From Batkoa obscura (lineage: Eukaryota), in assembly GCA_030770535.1 (NCBI GenBank), contig JASVEC010000019.1, positions 620,001 to 684,000 of the forward strand: a stretch of DNA of 64,000 nucleotides, written 5' to 3'. Shown piece after piece: positions 25,751-40,962 of the stretch (within the stretch, counting starts at the first letter, position 1; the number at the start of each line of letters is the position of its first letter). A program made the position numbers and the translations under genes. The notes under the pieces are model-generated. The model ran no database searches and was not told the DNA's origin. It was given only the letters and a program-made list of their open reading frames with translations.

Positions 25751-26670
25751 ATATAGTGTAGAAACTCTTGGGATCTAAAATGATTTCCTGTATCTGCCCA
25801 TATATTAATTTTTGTAAACTTTTTAAATAGAAGCTCTGTAGAGATTAAATCGATTAAACAATCTCCTGCATATGCTGAATCATGATTCAATATTTCAGAT
25901 AAATAATCAAAGTAAACTTTGCCTATTGTTTTATCATCTTTTAAATATAATACACCAAAGCCTAATACTGATATAGCTTGTTTATTATAATGATCTAGAT
26001 TTATTGAATCTGGTCTTGTCCCTATTTCCATATTTTGTTTAAAATCTAAAACTATTATACAACTTTTGTTATTTAATTTTTTGATAGTTTCATTAAATGT
26101 GTTTTTTTGAATATCAACACAGAATTTATGTAATTTGTATAATTTTTCTTCTTCGTTGAAAATTTCTTCTATCTCTGTTTTGTTTTTTGCTGTATTTATT
26201 TTATTTTCAAATAACTTTTTTCTAACTGTATACTGGGTACATATATTACATAGATCCGTTTTTCTTGCTGGATTTTTGAAATTACTTGGTATATATTTAA
26301 AGAACGTTGACCTAGCTACTGCTTTATCTCTTAGATCATTCAAATATTTACTATATATCATTCTTCTACTTTTATTTAATATATATATATTATCTGATGA
26401 ATATTTACTATCGTTATTTTTTTTATTAAATCTTGATGAAATAGTTGAATCATTTAGTAAATATTGTATGATAATTTCAATTTGGTCATCTTTAATTTTT
26501 TTTTGTATTTTTAATAATAGGTTTTAATGTTGATATTTTATTATTATTACTTGTTTTTGAATAATCATATTGATTTCTATTTATATTAAACCCAAAACTC
26601 TTACATTCATCAAAAGAATATACTGAAGCTATAGTTGATAATAACGCTACTTGCTGACTTTTGTTTCCTG

Positions 26671-27070
26671 TGTGAAATCTGGTACTCAGGGTTTGGAGTC
26701 AAGAACAGCTATTGCAGGGTTGACTACACTATAAGTCGAAAGGTCTTAGTTTATGTAACTAAGATAGACTTGGATTATGAGGAATAGCACGTAATAGGTT
26801 ACAAGCTATATAAGACAAATAGAATAGACAATACTAATGTAAAATCTATGTAAAATAATATTAAGAAAACTTAGTGGCTTTATTAAATGTTCGAGATATC
26901 AGGGATTAATTCAGTTAAAAAGCCTCGAACTATTATACTCTGTAAACTCTTTTATACTCTGAAAAGTATAAGTATCAAAATGAGAAGATAATATTCTTTT
27001 GGGCGGAACTAGAAATTCTCATAACAAATCAAAATAATTAACCATGGGACTGACGAAGCGATATTTCACA
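26671..27070 (-). mobile_element. 400-bp TG..CA element (probable solo LTR), copy C, inside the transposase
   Basis: TGTGAAAT...ATTTCACA with CCTG TSD (26667-26670 / 27071-27074); excision joins ...ALRETG-NKSQQVALL... Confidence 0.88.
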
Positions 27071-27837
27071 CCTGTTTCCCTTAAAGCACTAATTTTATAC
27101 ATTACTTGATTAAGTTTATTATTATCGATAGTAAACTTTGATAATATATCTTTTCTTTGTTTTGTTTTATTATAAAATTCCATAAACCTTGGGTTGTTGT
27201 AAGTAGCTCTTAAAATTGATGTAAATGAATTACAATGTTTATATTGTGTACTCCTCCCTATCGTATTGAAGTTTTCAAAAATTCCATTTCGAAGTTTAGT
27301 TATGAAAGTTTGCATTTTATTTTTATTTCAACAAAAAATAAAGTCAAATAAAGTCAAATAACTGTGTTTATATAATTATGTATTTATATAATTATATAAT
27401 CATATAGTTATATATTATATATCTGTTAAATATCTAACAGAACTAACATAAAATATATAGTTAGGAAAATTAGCTATTTAAGAAAAGGAAACAATTAAAA
27501 TAAGTTTTAAATAGAGACATTTAATTTTAGGCTTTTTAGATTTAACCGTTATATTGAACACAAACTTGGAATTTTAAATTTGGATTAATTTCTAAGTAGA
27601 TTCTGAAACCAATTAGGACAGCCCCATATGTGTTTAAGGTCTAGCAGAAATTCAACTAACTTACGGTATAAACTATAATATAATAATTTAGAACTGTGTC
27701 TGGGTACTTTCGTTTTAATAGAAAATTTGTTTTTATAGAATTTTAAAGTTTTTAAAATACATAATATTTAAAAAATTGGATAAAATAATGAAACTAATCC
27801 AGACATCCCCAATTCTTAAAATTCATTAATAATATTT

Positions 27838-27932
27838 GGGAGTGCTTTTTTTGGCTTCATTATTTTTTCAATTTTTTAAGCACTATTTAACTGGAAAAAT
27901 TGGAAAATTCTTAAACACAAAAATACATCTCC
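27838..27932 (+). mobile_element. ~98-bp MITE
   Basis: ATTT TSD both sides. Confidence 0.88.
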
Positions 27933-28048
27933 ATTTATAGATTTTTTAAATATGCTTTAAACATCCAAAGTAGTGTTATAAATATAATAGTAAGAATAAA
28001 ACATGCATTCTATTTTAAATAATCCAAAATATTAAAGCTCGATTCATA

Positions 28049-29519
28049 TTAATCTAAGCAGCCATGTAAATTCAAGGCTAAAGTAGGTCTTTTATTATAA
28101 TTCCACTCCAACTTGGGGGTCGGATCCAGCACTAAAAAGAATAAATTGAAATAATAATTTAAAATATACTTAATAAGAAAAGTATATGCACTAGTACAAT
28201 TTTTTATATAAACTTCACCTAGGTTTAAACTTGGTTTATCAAGTTTTATTCGATAATTAAAATATAATAAACCATCGAGATCAAAATGGGATGAAATTAT
28301 TGTCAAATAAATTAAATCGGGACATTTAGTTATTAAGAGTTGTACAAAATAAGTCCCTAAGCTTAAACCTTCTAATTGTAAGCTTATCAAATTGGATTGA
28401 ATTTTTCTAAAAACTTCTTCAATAGTTAAGATATATTCGATCTCATAGCGATAAGTAATCTCTAGGTCAGTTAACTCTTTCAATTGAAAGATGGAAGTTG
28501 CTACTTTACTATTCATATTTTTGCAATTCTATAGAATTAAAATTCGGAGCTTTGGTGCTATATTTCCAAAAGAATTGATACATTTTAAATCAATAAAGTT
28601 TAATTCAAGGAAAGTAAGGTTAGAAATACCGTGTAAGTATAGATTACGAACATAATCTAAATATAGTTTAGTTAGTACAGGAAAATGATTGAAGTTAATA
28701 TTGAATTTATCATATGAAGTGAAAGAGTTTAGATATAAAGTTTTCAGTGAGTTGAACATATGGGGATGATTTTTTTGATTTCATTACTTTTTCCACCTTT
28801 TAAGCGCTATTTAAGCGGAAAATTTGTTAGTAAAATTCTTAAACACAAAAATACATCCCCATATGATTCTGAAACAAGAGTAGATCTTGTTGACATAGGT
28901 CTGTAAGCAATCTTAAATCTTGTAAGTTTTGAAAGTTTGTTAGTATGAATTCGATAGATTTAAACTCAAAATCTCGGCTAAACAAACATATACTCTTGAT
29001 CTTTCTTGGTATATTTGGTAATACAAAATCTATAAAATGGTTGTCAATTTTATCGGTGGTCAATGAGGTTATGTTTTTGAGTAATTGTTTGAGTTGAGTG
29101 TTATACATAAAATTTTGACTTCCACTTTGATTTAAAACAGATTCCATACCATCATTATAATTTAATTCCGTTAAATTCAACTTTTTATATTTCTCTAAAT
29201 TTAGAAAATAATACCTTGAAGTTATAAATACAGTGGTAGCATTTCTATAATGCTTTGGAATATATTTAATATACCTCCCATTCCTTATCCATAACATTTT
29301 GATATATTTAGCATATTTTTTAAATGCTTTTCTCACCACTTTAAGCTTGCTTCCTGCATAACTTGAAGCTAAATCTTCCCAGATTACTGATGTAAATACC
29401 TTATTCCAATCTTTAGAAACAGATAAAAACTTGAAAGCACTTTTGATTTGCAGTAACTCTGTTATTTGCTTTAGTATAAAATTTGGTAGGTTTTCTAGTT
29501 GGGATTGAGGTTCTCGCAT
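28049..29519 (-). pseudogene. F-box/LRR-like gene disrupted by a MITE and an in-frame TAG
   Basis: N-terminal F-box LENLPNFILKQITELL..FLSVSKDW; removing the MITE plus one TSD (103 bp) joins QNH-MFNSLK; TAG at 28529-28531 is in frame with ORF 28049-28516. Confidence 0.8.
28762..28860 (+). mobile_element. 99-bp MITE inside the F-box gene
   Basis: GGGGATG/CATCCCC ends, ATAT TSD. Confidence 0.93.
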
Positions 29520-30876
29520 CGTAATTAGTATAAACAAAATGAAGGGTGAGTATAAGAAGTGGCTCTTTATATTACTATGCTGAATATTTGTTATTTATTT
29601 TTTAATTCATTATTGAACTTTAATAGCTTAATATAAGAACATGGAACAACCACGCATATATGTAATACTGTTATTTTATAAAATTATGCATATATATTTA
29701 AGTTTTGAAGGAGTTAGACAGTCCCAAGCACTTTGTTAGATATATTTTATCATTGTCATATTCCACAATATTATAACAATCTTTTTCAAGCTAAGTAATT
29801 TAATTCGCTTCATTAATTTATAACAATAAAAATCTTTATCTTTTAATATTATTTGATCATATAATAGCATAAAAACATGTATTAATAGTACTAATATTTA
29901 TAACTATTCAACCTTTATGAATTTATTCTTATAACACAAAATAGAAAAAAACTTTAAATAGAATATAAAGAATTCAAATATCTCTTGGTTCAAAAAAACA
30001 AAGTCACTGTCATCCTCATAGTTATTTGCTTTTAAATCACTAAACTCATTATGCCCCAATATCAAACAATCAACTTGCTTGTTAATAGTCCCAATTTGAA
30101 CACAACTTGCTTCTTTTGAATAAATAATACTATTGACATTATATCTTAAAATCTCTTTTCGATATCTTGTAATTTATCAATCAAATAAGCCTTTTTTTCC
30201 TTTTCTCTATTTGATTATAAACCGTTATCTTTATTTTTTCCTGCCATTAACCATATCTTGCACTAAAAGCACAGTAATACCAGCAAAATACCAAACACAA
30301 CTTATAGATAGCTTGAAATTGACTTCCATCCTACAAATAATTACTTAAAGCATCCATATTGCGATTAAACCAGCAATTTTTAACTTAATATATTTACTAA
30401 AAACTACTAAGGTGATAAAGATTAAGGTAATAGGTGGAATAAAGCTAAGATGAAGTTCTGGTAATGAAGAATTTAAATGATGAACTCATTCAAAGAAATG
30501 TAAGTAGAAGGAGAATTGAAGTGAAGTTAAGTTCTAATACCATCTTGGTAAAATTCGGATACTAGGAGAAAATGAGTGAAAAGGATAAGATAAAATTTAG
30601 TTGAATGAGCTGTTAAAACTAAATTTCGATTTCATTATTTTGACAATGTCATTTTATTTTAATCGCAATTAAGATTCTAAACGAAAGTTAAATTTGAATC
30701 AAAGATTTTGAATAAATTAGGTGATCAAAATCAAAATTATAAAAAATTTAAATAACATAATCAAGTAATGATGCAAATTAACCCCATAAGATGATGTCAC
30801 GTTTACTTGTTACTTGAATTATAAAAAATTTAAAGAATTAACAAAAATTATATTTCAATCCAAAATAAAATACAAA

Positions 30877-32133
30877 ATGAATTCCAAAACAAAGATTGTA
30901 ATCTTAGGAGGAGGAGCAGCGGGTAGTATTTTAATTAATGAGTTAAGTACTCCTTCTACAGAAATAATCATGATTGACCAAAAAGAATATCATGAATATA
31001 TACCCTCTATAATTGATGTATTATTACGACCAAAGCAAGAAGATTTTAAAAAAAGATTACATCAAATATGTATACCTTTTAAACAACTGATTATGGTCGA
31101 TAAACAAAAGAAATTAGTTATCAAAAATCATTATAACGATACAATTGAAGGTGGGGGTAGGGATGATAATAAGATTACTATTATTATTGATCAAATAGTT
31201 AGTGTAAATGAGAATTCAGTAGAGTTGTTAACAAATCAACAAAAAATTGAATTTGATAAATTAATCATATGTACTGGATCAAGTTATAATTTGCCATTCA
31301 AGAGTAGTTCTTCAGTTAGAAATTACAATGATCGTCTAGCTGAGTTAACTGAATATAAACAAAAAATTGAATCAAGTCAAAAGATAGCCTGTATTGGGGG
31401 TGGTGCAGTTGGTATTGAAATGATAGCCGAATTAGTTGAAAGATATCCAAACAAACGATTTTACTTAGTTCACAATAATAATAAATTACTAAGTCAATTT
31501 AAGAATTCTAAGTTATCTAATAATTGTGAGAAGGCATTAAGAGATTTAAGTAATAAAAATAATCAAAATCTAACTATTATATTTGATCAAAAATTAAAAC
31601 AAATTAGTGAAAAGGAATATGAGTTAGAAGATGGTACTAAATTGGAGCTTGATTTAGTTATTAAAAGTATCGGACTTCAACCAAATAGTGAATTTATGAA
31701 GAAGGAAATGAATGATTGTTTAGATGAAAAAGAGTTTATTAAAGTTAATAACTATTTTAAAGTAACTGATTATGATCACATCTATGCTCTTGGTGATGTT
31801 AGTAATCTTGAAGAACCTAAGTTATATTATACTACACATATGCAAGCTATACATCTCAGTAATAATCTAAAGCTCGAGATGAAAAATCAATCGATGAAAG
31901 AATATAAAAATAGTAAAATTATATCCATCATTTCTTTAGGTCCTAGTTATGCTATTAGTTATATGGTAGATGGACTTGTTGTTTATTGTGGTGGGTTGTT
32001 AGGCTTATTTAAGAAGACGAAATATGCTTCAAGGATTTTGATTTATATGAAGTATTTTATTGAAATAGTAACCAGATATCCATCATTAGCTAATGTTGTT
32101 AATATGTTACTATTTATGACAATGACAAATTAA
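30877..32133 (+). CDS. AIFM2/AMID/FSP1-like FAD/NAD(P)H pyridine nucleotide-disulphide oxidoreductase
   Basis: IVILGGGAAG FAD fold, LIICTGS, CIGGGAVGIEMIAE NAD fold, IYALGDV. Confidence 0.88.
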   Translation: MNSKTKIVILGGGAAGSILINELSTPSTEIIMIDQKEYHEYIPSIIDVLLRPKQEDFKKRLHQICIPFKQLIMVDKQKKLVIKNHYNDTIEGGGRDDNKITIIIDQIVSVNENSVELLTNQQKIEFDKLIICTGSSYNLPFKSSSSVRNYNDRLAELTEYKQKIESSQKIACIGGGAVGIEMIAELVERYPNKRFYLVHNNNKLLSQFKNSKLSNNCEKALRDLSNKNNQNLTIIFDQKLKQISEKEYELEDGTKLELDLVIKSIGLQPNSEFMKKEMNDCLDEKEFIKVNNYFKVTDYDHIYALGDVSNLEEPKLYYTTHMQAIHLSNNLKLEMKNQSMKEYKNSKIISIISLGPSYAISYMVDGLVVYCGGLLGLFKKTKYASRILIYMKYFIEIVTRYPSLANVVNMLLFMTMTN

Positions 32134-33509
32134 AGAGATTATTTTATTATTTTTAGTAAATTATATAAATAGTTTTGTAATTTTTATACTTCTGTTTATT
32201 ATTTTGAAGATAAAGATAATTTTTGGAGGACAAGCATTTTGTTCGAGATGGGAATTATTTCGACAAAGGACTAATTTTATACTGAGGGAAATTACTAACT
32301 TTGTTACACAAACCGAACAGTGGCTTTAAAACAAGAATTTAGATAGAACATTGGCCCTTATCAAACTAGCCATAATATTTATTCTTATTACAAAAATTAA
32401 TATTTTTAATTTCTTGATAACGTTTTTATATAGTAATATTATATTTAAATCTGAGTTAATGTGTTTACTAATGGTTAACCTTACTCGGAAAATAACTAAT
32501 TGTATCTTAACTAAGGAAGAATAAATACATTTTTATATAAACACATTATTTATCTATTTTATTATTTATCTATTTTTTTTGATTATTAAAGTATATAATA
32601 TACTTTTATTTATATACTATCAAGAATTACTGCCTCTAAAATAATTCATAGATAAACGGGATATTTATGATAGTTTTTTTGATAAAGAATTCAATTTTAT
32701 AGTTTTTAAATAATAAATTTCAATTCATAAAATGAGAGGAATTTAACCAGAACACTAATTATTGTCTAACTCAAACCGCAAGATTATTATTATTACAAAG
32801 AACTGTGATTATTAGATAATTCAGTTTAAAACAGGTTGAACTGCTTTATTCAACTAAAATTTAATCAGCGTTTGTTTTTTCTGTTCAGATTCGCTTTATT
32901 CTAAGGAAGAACAATCTCTTTCACGGACACCCCGTTTACCCTATTCTATCGATAAATTAAAACAATTAATTTAATCTTTAAGGTGAAGTAGTAATAAATT
33001 GAGTTTGAATTAGTTAATCCGATAACAAATAGTCAACAAATTCATTCACGAGATAAAAAATCATTATAAACCACTAAATAAAAATTCAATTTTTAAACCG
33101 ACCAATCAATCCTTAAAATCCTACAATCTGCCCATAGTAAACTTCACCATCACATTCTTTGGAGTCCTTAAAAAATTGAGCCAACTAGATTAGGTAACTT
33201 AACAATCACCACGTCATGATGTCTTATCTTTTAGCCAATTAGAGGATTTCTAATTTCAGGGTTAACACTTTTTTATAACCAATTAAAAATAAATAAGGTA
33301 AGATTACATTATTATGTTCCAATTTTTCTAAGAATAAAAGAGTGTAAAAACTACATAACCCTTGTTCTAAGTAAAATTATAACCTATTTATTTTTTATTA
33401 CAAAAAAGAAAGAAGAGAGGTATATAAACCAACCGACAGAATCTTCAAATGAAATTTTTTAATTGAATTTTATTTTATCTAGTTTGTTTTAAGTTTAATT
33501 TTTAAAAAA

Positions 33510-35266
<1,757 letters not shown>

Positions 35267-35453
35267 GTTGATATAAATCAACGCTTTTTTTCTATATCAA
35301 TTTTATTTTTGATTCTATTTATATTATGTTATATAAGAATAAAATTGAGTATTATGTTTCTTTTTTATATAAAAATAATTTTGAATTTTAAATAATAAGT
35401 TTAATATATCTTTAATATATTTTAATATTTTTATTTTTATTGAAATTTAAAGC

Positions 35454-38400
35454 TCATGGTATGAAATTTACCATTGGTGGTAACTGTTCATTTAAAGATA
35501 AATTGGATTTTTTACTTAGTAAATTATTATTTTCTTCTTCTAATTTAGGCGTGGATGGTAATTGATCACATCTTGGACAATTTATTAAATCATTTAACTG
35601 TAATTTAACTTCATATTTACTCCTTCCATTGATTTCGATCTTTGTTCCCAAACACCCTACATGATATCCATGACCACAATAAAAAAACACTAACTCTTCT
35701 TTTTCCCCATTATCCATCACACTTTTCTCACACTTTGAACAATTCATAAACTCCTCATTATCACCAAATACTGTCATTCCTCTCTTTTGTTTTTGTTTCC
35801 ATTGTTTACTTAACATTTTGCTATCTCTTGAAATCACTTTTTCACATCCGATTCTCAATGACATTTGTAATTGAAAGTCCATTAATATCTTTAGGATGCT
35901 CTTTTTTAGACCAGGAATTTTTAAACCTTTAGGAATACTTTGTATCACTTTATTAGGTTCAATATGACTACCACTTTGTTCTAATAATGCTTTAAGGAAT
36001 TCTAGAATTAAAAAATAAAAAAGGAGTAAAGTTAGTTGATTTTTTTTAAAACTATAATAATTAGTTAATTGAGACTATCAATTTACCTGGTTTATCTTGA
36101 GAATGTTTTAACAAGACTTGCCATAATTCTTCATCTTCATATTCTTTAACATAATCAATAGCCTATAATAATAAAAATCAATTAATATTATTCTATGACT
36201 CATCTCCCCTCCCCTTATCCTTCTACTTACTTTATCGATATCCCCTAATTTCTGTAAAATTAATAATAACGCTTTTTGATATTCTCCCATTCGACTTAAT
36301 ATATAAATTAATTCGGGTACCAATTCTCTTAATTCACAACAATTGTATGCTTTTTTTAAAGAGTAATCATTAGAGGAACGTAAGAATCCCATTAATAATG
36401 GGTAATCAAATTCAGCATATAATTCCACCTAAACAATAAATAATAAATAACAATAAATAGATTGATGATTGTCCATTTATAGAAAGAAATATTAGTATTA
36501 TTATTTTAAAGTACACTTACTTGTATATCATGCCATTTAGCCCCTAAGTTAGCTTCTTTTTTAAAGATAGCATGCAAATAATTATGCAATAACAAGGGAT
36601 GATCATATAATTGATTTACTACCGTTTCCATTGAAATAAATTGTAAATTTCTAACTAACATTGTTACTGCTTTTAATTCACTTGTAACTTGAACCCCCGC
36701 TTTTTGATATTCAAGTTCATTTTGGAATTGTAATACATCATAATCCATTAATAATTTGACTTTATTTTTAATTTCATTAAATAATTGAAATTCATTAATT
36801 AAATTAAATACAATAGGACTTTTTAATTTTAATAAATAATTTAATGCTAATTGAGGTTGATTATCTAATTGATATAATTCAGCTATAATTTGTAATAATA
36901 ATTTACTTTCATTTTGATTTTCATTTTCATTTTCATTTTCAATATCGTACTTATTTAATTCATCTTCCACTAAAGCTAAGATGCTTTTTAAATTATAATT
37001 TTTAATTGGCCATTGTCGAATTAATTTAAAAAATAAATTTTTATCCCATTTTAAATAATGAGCTAACAACATTTCATAAACAGTAGAAGAAAGTATAACT
37101 TCTCTAGTTGGTATAAATTCAATAATAGCATTAATTTGATTGGATTGATAAAATGCAAAGATCCATTTTTCCCATTGTTGTTGATCTTTTCCTAATACTT
37201 CGACACATAGTTTTCCTGCTCTTTCATAATCTTGTTGTAATATTAAATGTTTCATATATAATTTACCTACTTTATTGATTGTATATTTACTACTTTCTTC
37301 TGGATGTTGTTTGATTAATTGCAATGCTTCATAATATAATTCATTTTCGATATGCCATTCAATACGATCCGTTAATTCTCTTTCTTTGGCACAAATTAAA
37401 TCTTTGGGGCTCATTATAAAATATAAATCACTACTTGGTGTAGTTACTATTGGATAGAATTTATTAGTGTTATTACTTATTATTGATTGTTCTTTTACCT
37501 AGTTTATAATCTTGCGATTTAAATTTTAAATAACCATTCATAGTTAATATATCGGCTACATCCGCACCATCTTTTTTATCTACTATTCGAAGCTCGGGTG
37601 GATTTGAAGGCTAATAATTAGAATTAATAAAATAAAATAAATACTGACATATTCATTTTTCTTATTTGTTTATTGTCAATACTATTATTATTTAACTAAC
37701 TTACTTTACTAGGTTTATTGAAATCTTTGTCTTCATAAATGATTTCCCCATTATAGGCTAGTAACAATATTTGTTCTTTTAAGTAAGAAATACCACTGAT
37801 GATAAAATCAGTACGTAGTCTAATAGTTTATATTTCAATAAATAGATAAAGATAGACATTCAATTAAATACTTACATATATTCGATTTCTACAGATGGTA
37901 ATTGAGATAAAATAGCGGGATGAATTGAAGGATCATGAACCTAGTGATATGTTTAATTTATCAACATATATAAGTTTGAAAACATGATTTAAACATTTCA
38001 ATCACCTACCATAACTTTAGCAATTTTGAACGTATCAGCCCAACCAATAAATAATTCAATGTTTGATTTCCAATATAAATGGCAAGGATAAAGGTCGGCT
38101 CTTGGTGAACTTTCAGATCTCGGTATAAAAGATATGCGTTGATTAGTTTGACTATTATAAATTTTAACTCCCTAAAAATAATGAAAAAAGATCAATATAA
38201 ATATCTAATTAATCAACTAATTGAATAGTATATTAATAGATAATTATTTATAATTGATAAATATTGTTCAACTATATTAACAATAATTAACTTAGTTAAA
38301 CTAAATAAATCCTTTGATTATGATCGGACTAATTTTACTTACTGAATCCGATGCCCAAGCAATGTAATTTCCCTTCCATTGAATTTCCAAAATTGGACCA

Positions 38401-39451
38401 TCATCCGATTGCAATATTTGATCTGTATAACCCAACCAACCTAAATGAAATAATAAAATAGTTTAAATTATAATTTAAATTAACTTTTCAACCAGCACAA
38501 AAATGTATACTTAATTCAATTAAACAATAATAATAATAAAGTTCATTTCGATTTCTTTACAACTTACCTTTAGTATTCATAATTAATTGACCTGCTAAAC
38601 CACCGGAGATAATTCTTTGTTGGGAATTTGTACCAAAATCAGGACTTAAAGCGACTGCTTTCATAGGCCGCATATAATTTTTGCTTTGTTTGAATGAAGT
38701 ATAAATACCATGGACTTTGATAGAACCTTAATTTTATTAAAATGATTATTCGCATTTTTTATTAAAAATTTTAATAAAAAAAGGGAATGATTCAACTTAC
38801 CATCATCCGAAGCAGAAGCAATAAATTGTTCTGACAAATCCATACTTAAAGCATTGATTGTAGTGGTATGACAATTAATGGATTTTAATTCATTACCCAT
38901 TAAATCAAGCAAATATAATTTACCAGAATGGGTACCAACTGCCTATTTTGGAAAACCAATATTAATATTTAACGTTTCAATTTTATTATTATTTATTTTG
39001 TTATTTTAGTTGATTATTAATATGTTCTTACCATCACTTTATCTCCAGCAATAATACAACTGGCTGCATCTCCTTTTAAATAGTTATCAAATGTACCCCC
39101 TGTTAATCGAGTATATTTAAGTTTTGGTTCTTCGATTTCAATGATATCTAATGATTTCTTTTAATTATGAGAGTTTTGATGGCTAAAAAACGAGCATTTC
39201 TTACCTTCTGGATCCGTTTCTGTTTCTGTTTCTGTTTCTGTTTCTCCTTCGGAGTTTTCGTTTGACTCAGTTTGTTCACCTTTTTTTAATTCCTCATTTT
39301 CTTCTTTTTCGTATATTTCTTCTTCAAGTTTATTTCTTCCTTCTTTTATTTCTTCTGTAGATCCCATTAATTTAACTTCCTCTACTTCTTTTGCTTCTTT
39401 ACTTTCTTTACTTTCTTTACTTTCTTTGAAATTTTCCTTTTCTTGCATCAT
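35454..39451 (-). CDS. VPS41: HOPS subunit Vps41, multi-exon
   Basis: Acidic N-terminus, EEPKLKYTRL, WD40 pieces (AVGTHSG, ASASDDG, PRADLYPCHLYW), clathrin-repeat LYAEFD..LMGFLRSS.DYSL, C-terminal RING-H2 C..C..CGHGYH..C..C..C. Confidence 0.92.
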
Positions 39452-39621
39452 CAATTTTAATCAATCTAATTCTTACATTTTTACCATTTTTTTGATCATT
39501 TTAGCCACGCAGTTAAGGAGTTATTTCATTGGTCGATCCTCCAATTGACTAAGATTAAATTTTGTTAATAAATTTTACATTTGTTTCAATCTCTACATTT
39601 TTTATAAACTTTAATTCAAGG

Positions 39622-40125
39622 ATGCTAGTAATTTTAATATTAAAAGCTCAATTTATAAATAACTAAATTATTAATTATCATAATTATGACAGTCCGCTTT
39701 ATTTGATTTTCAATCATTATTATTAGTGATTTTATTAATTGTTTGTACTTCCACTTATATTCATGCCCAAGCACCTACTCTTTTAGATAAAAACAAGGAG
39801 GGGTAAGAATTTATTTAATCAATTAATCTATCGATATATGTTATTATATCCAATATTCAAACCAAAAGGAAGATGAAATGAAACATAATACTAATATTCA
39901 TACTTTTAGTTTAATGAGTATTTTTTGGAAAGCAGCTAGAGTTGGTAAGTGTTTTTAATGATTAACACATTTAGATTTATAAAAAATAGAAAAACAGATA
40001 AAGTGTTTGCTTTATTAATAATTAAATTAATATATTAACATATTTATTTGCTAGGTGAAAGATTAAGCCCTTATGTTAGTTTATCTTGTTTTATTATGGC
40101 TGTTTCATTTTTGATTCAAGAGTAA
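39622..40125 (+). CDS. KSH1: Protein Kish / TMEM167 (exons 39622-39627, 39693-39802, 39910-39944, 40055-40125); missed by the ORF track
   Basis: Spliced peptide MLSALFDFQSLLLVILLIVCTSTYI..FWKAARVGERLSPYVSLSCFIMA. Confidence 0.9.
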
Positions 40126-40778
40126 GATAGAAGATAAGAAGAGTCTAAAAGAAAAAGTGGGAGAGAAGTGGTGATTATTTTATAGTAACTTTTATTAAAG
40201 TATATTTTATTATTGTTATTATTCTAAAAGGTTAAATGGAATTCGTATAATTATTTTTTAATTTCGATTTTGATTAATTCAAGTTGATAGGGCAAATCAT
40301 ATAGTTTTTTATAAAAAGCTTAATTGTTCAATGTTCAAGACGTTGGTTAGTTGAATTCTATTTGCTGGGATTTGCTCTAAAGGGCGGAGCTAAAAGACTT
40401 GTATATAAAAGCTATTTAATTATTTATTAAACTTTTCGAAAACTTTTTTGGAAACTAATTTTTTACATGATTATGATATTGTTAAATCCTGTAGACATAT
40501 ATACTACAGTTTCTAAAGTATCATATGATTAGTTGAGTTAATCTTTTACTAAAAGTGCATTATTGCGCATTATTATAATAGCAATATGGACCCTTGTTAT
40601 AAGTATTATATATAACGATCAATCATTACTCTTTATATTATAACAGTAGCATTATTGTTATCATTAGCAACCTAACCAGTATAAATACATTAAAGGGTTG
40701 TTGATAAATAAGCAACTTACAATAAACTTTCTAATTCTAATTTTTATTTGTGATTAAGTATAGTATTATTTAAGATTT

Positions 40779-40877
40779 GGAGGTGTTTTTTTGGGGTTCA
40801 TTACTTTTTCCATCTTTTAAGCACTATTTGAGCGGAAAAATTGTTAGTAAAGTTCTTAAATACAAAAATACATCCCC
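40779..40877 (+). mobile_element. ~98-bp MITE
   Basis: ATTT TSD both sides. Confidence 0.9.
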
Positions 40878-40962
40878 ATTTGGTTTTCTGTTGAGAAATT
40901 GGAATGATAAAACCAAAAAAACGACATTGGAATCACTCAGTTTAGACCAGAATCTTACATAT

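Larger units (their letters stand above)
25105..27315 (-). pseudogene. Sola2-type DDD transposase (~567 aa when reconstructed), split by a MITE, a TG..CA insertion and a 1-nt frameshift
   Basis: Motifs TDLCNIC..HK, IIVLDFKQN, IWADTGNHFRS, NFFAEHHGKSIVDGHFG; removing 25653-25754, 26671-27074 and one base of the T9 run at ~26496-26504 restores one frame from MQTFITKL. Confidence 0.82.
24654..27625 (-). mobile_element. Inner Sola2-like DNA transposon (full length, disrupted transposase)
   Basis: ~22-bp imperfect TIRs GGGGTTGTCTGAATTAGTCTCA / TGAAACCAATTAGGACAGCCCC; ATAT TSD at 24650-24653 and 27626-27629; encodes a DDD transposase. Confidence 0.9.
22860..27810 (+). mobile_element. Outer, internally deleted and rearranged Sola2-like DNA transposon copy (host of nested insertions)
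   Basis: Ends GGGGTTGTCCGAATT... and ...AATCCAGACATCCCC flanked by AATT TSD (22856-22859 / 27811-27814); 22860-23453, 24395-24653 and 27630-27810 are reverse-complement homologues of the inner element. Confidence 0.85.

Noticed and set aside
25653..25754. MITE acting as an intron (introner) in the transposase, since the insertion is 102 bp
   Set aside because: It carries an in-frame TAA, and I found no convincing GT-AG pair near its ends that restores the frame
27049..27070. Hammerhead-like CTGACGA in the TG..CA element
   Set aside because: No GAAA with a proper stem II, and other copies read CTGACAA
24654..27625. Fanzor/TnpB-type RNA-guided nuclease with omegaRNA
   Set aside because: The only protein has Sola-type DDD motifs; no TnpB-like RuvC/zinc-finger ORF is seen and no room remains for one
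29930..30570. Possible decayed gene fragment on the minus strand
   Set aside because: Many stops and no family I can recognise
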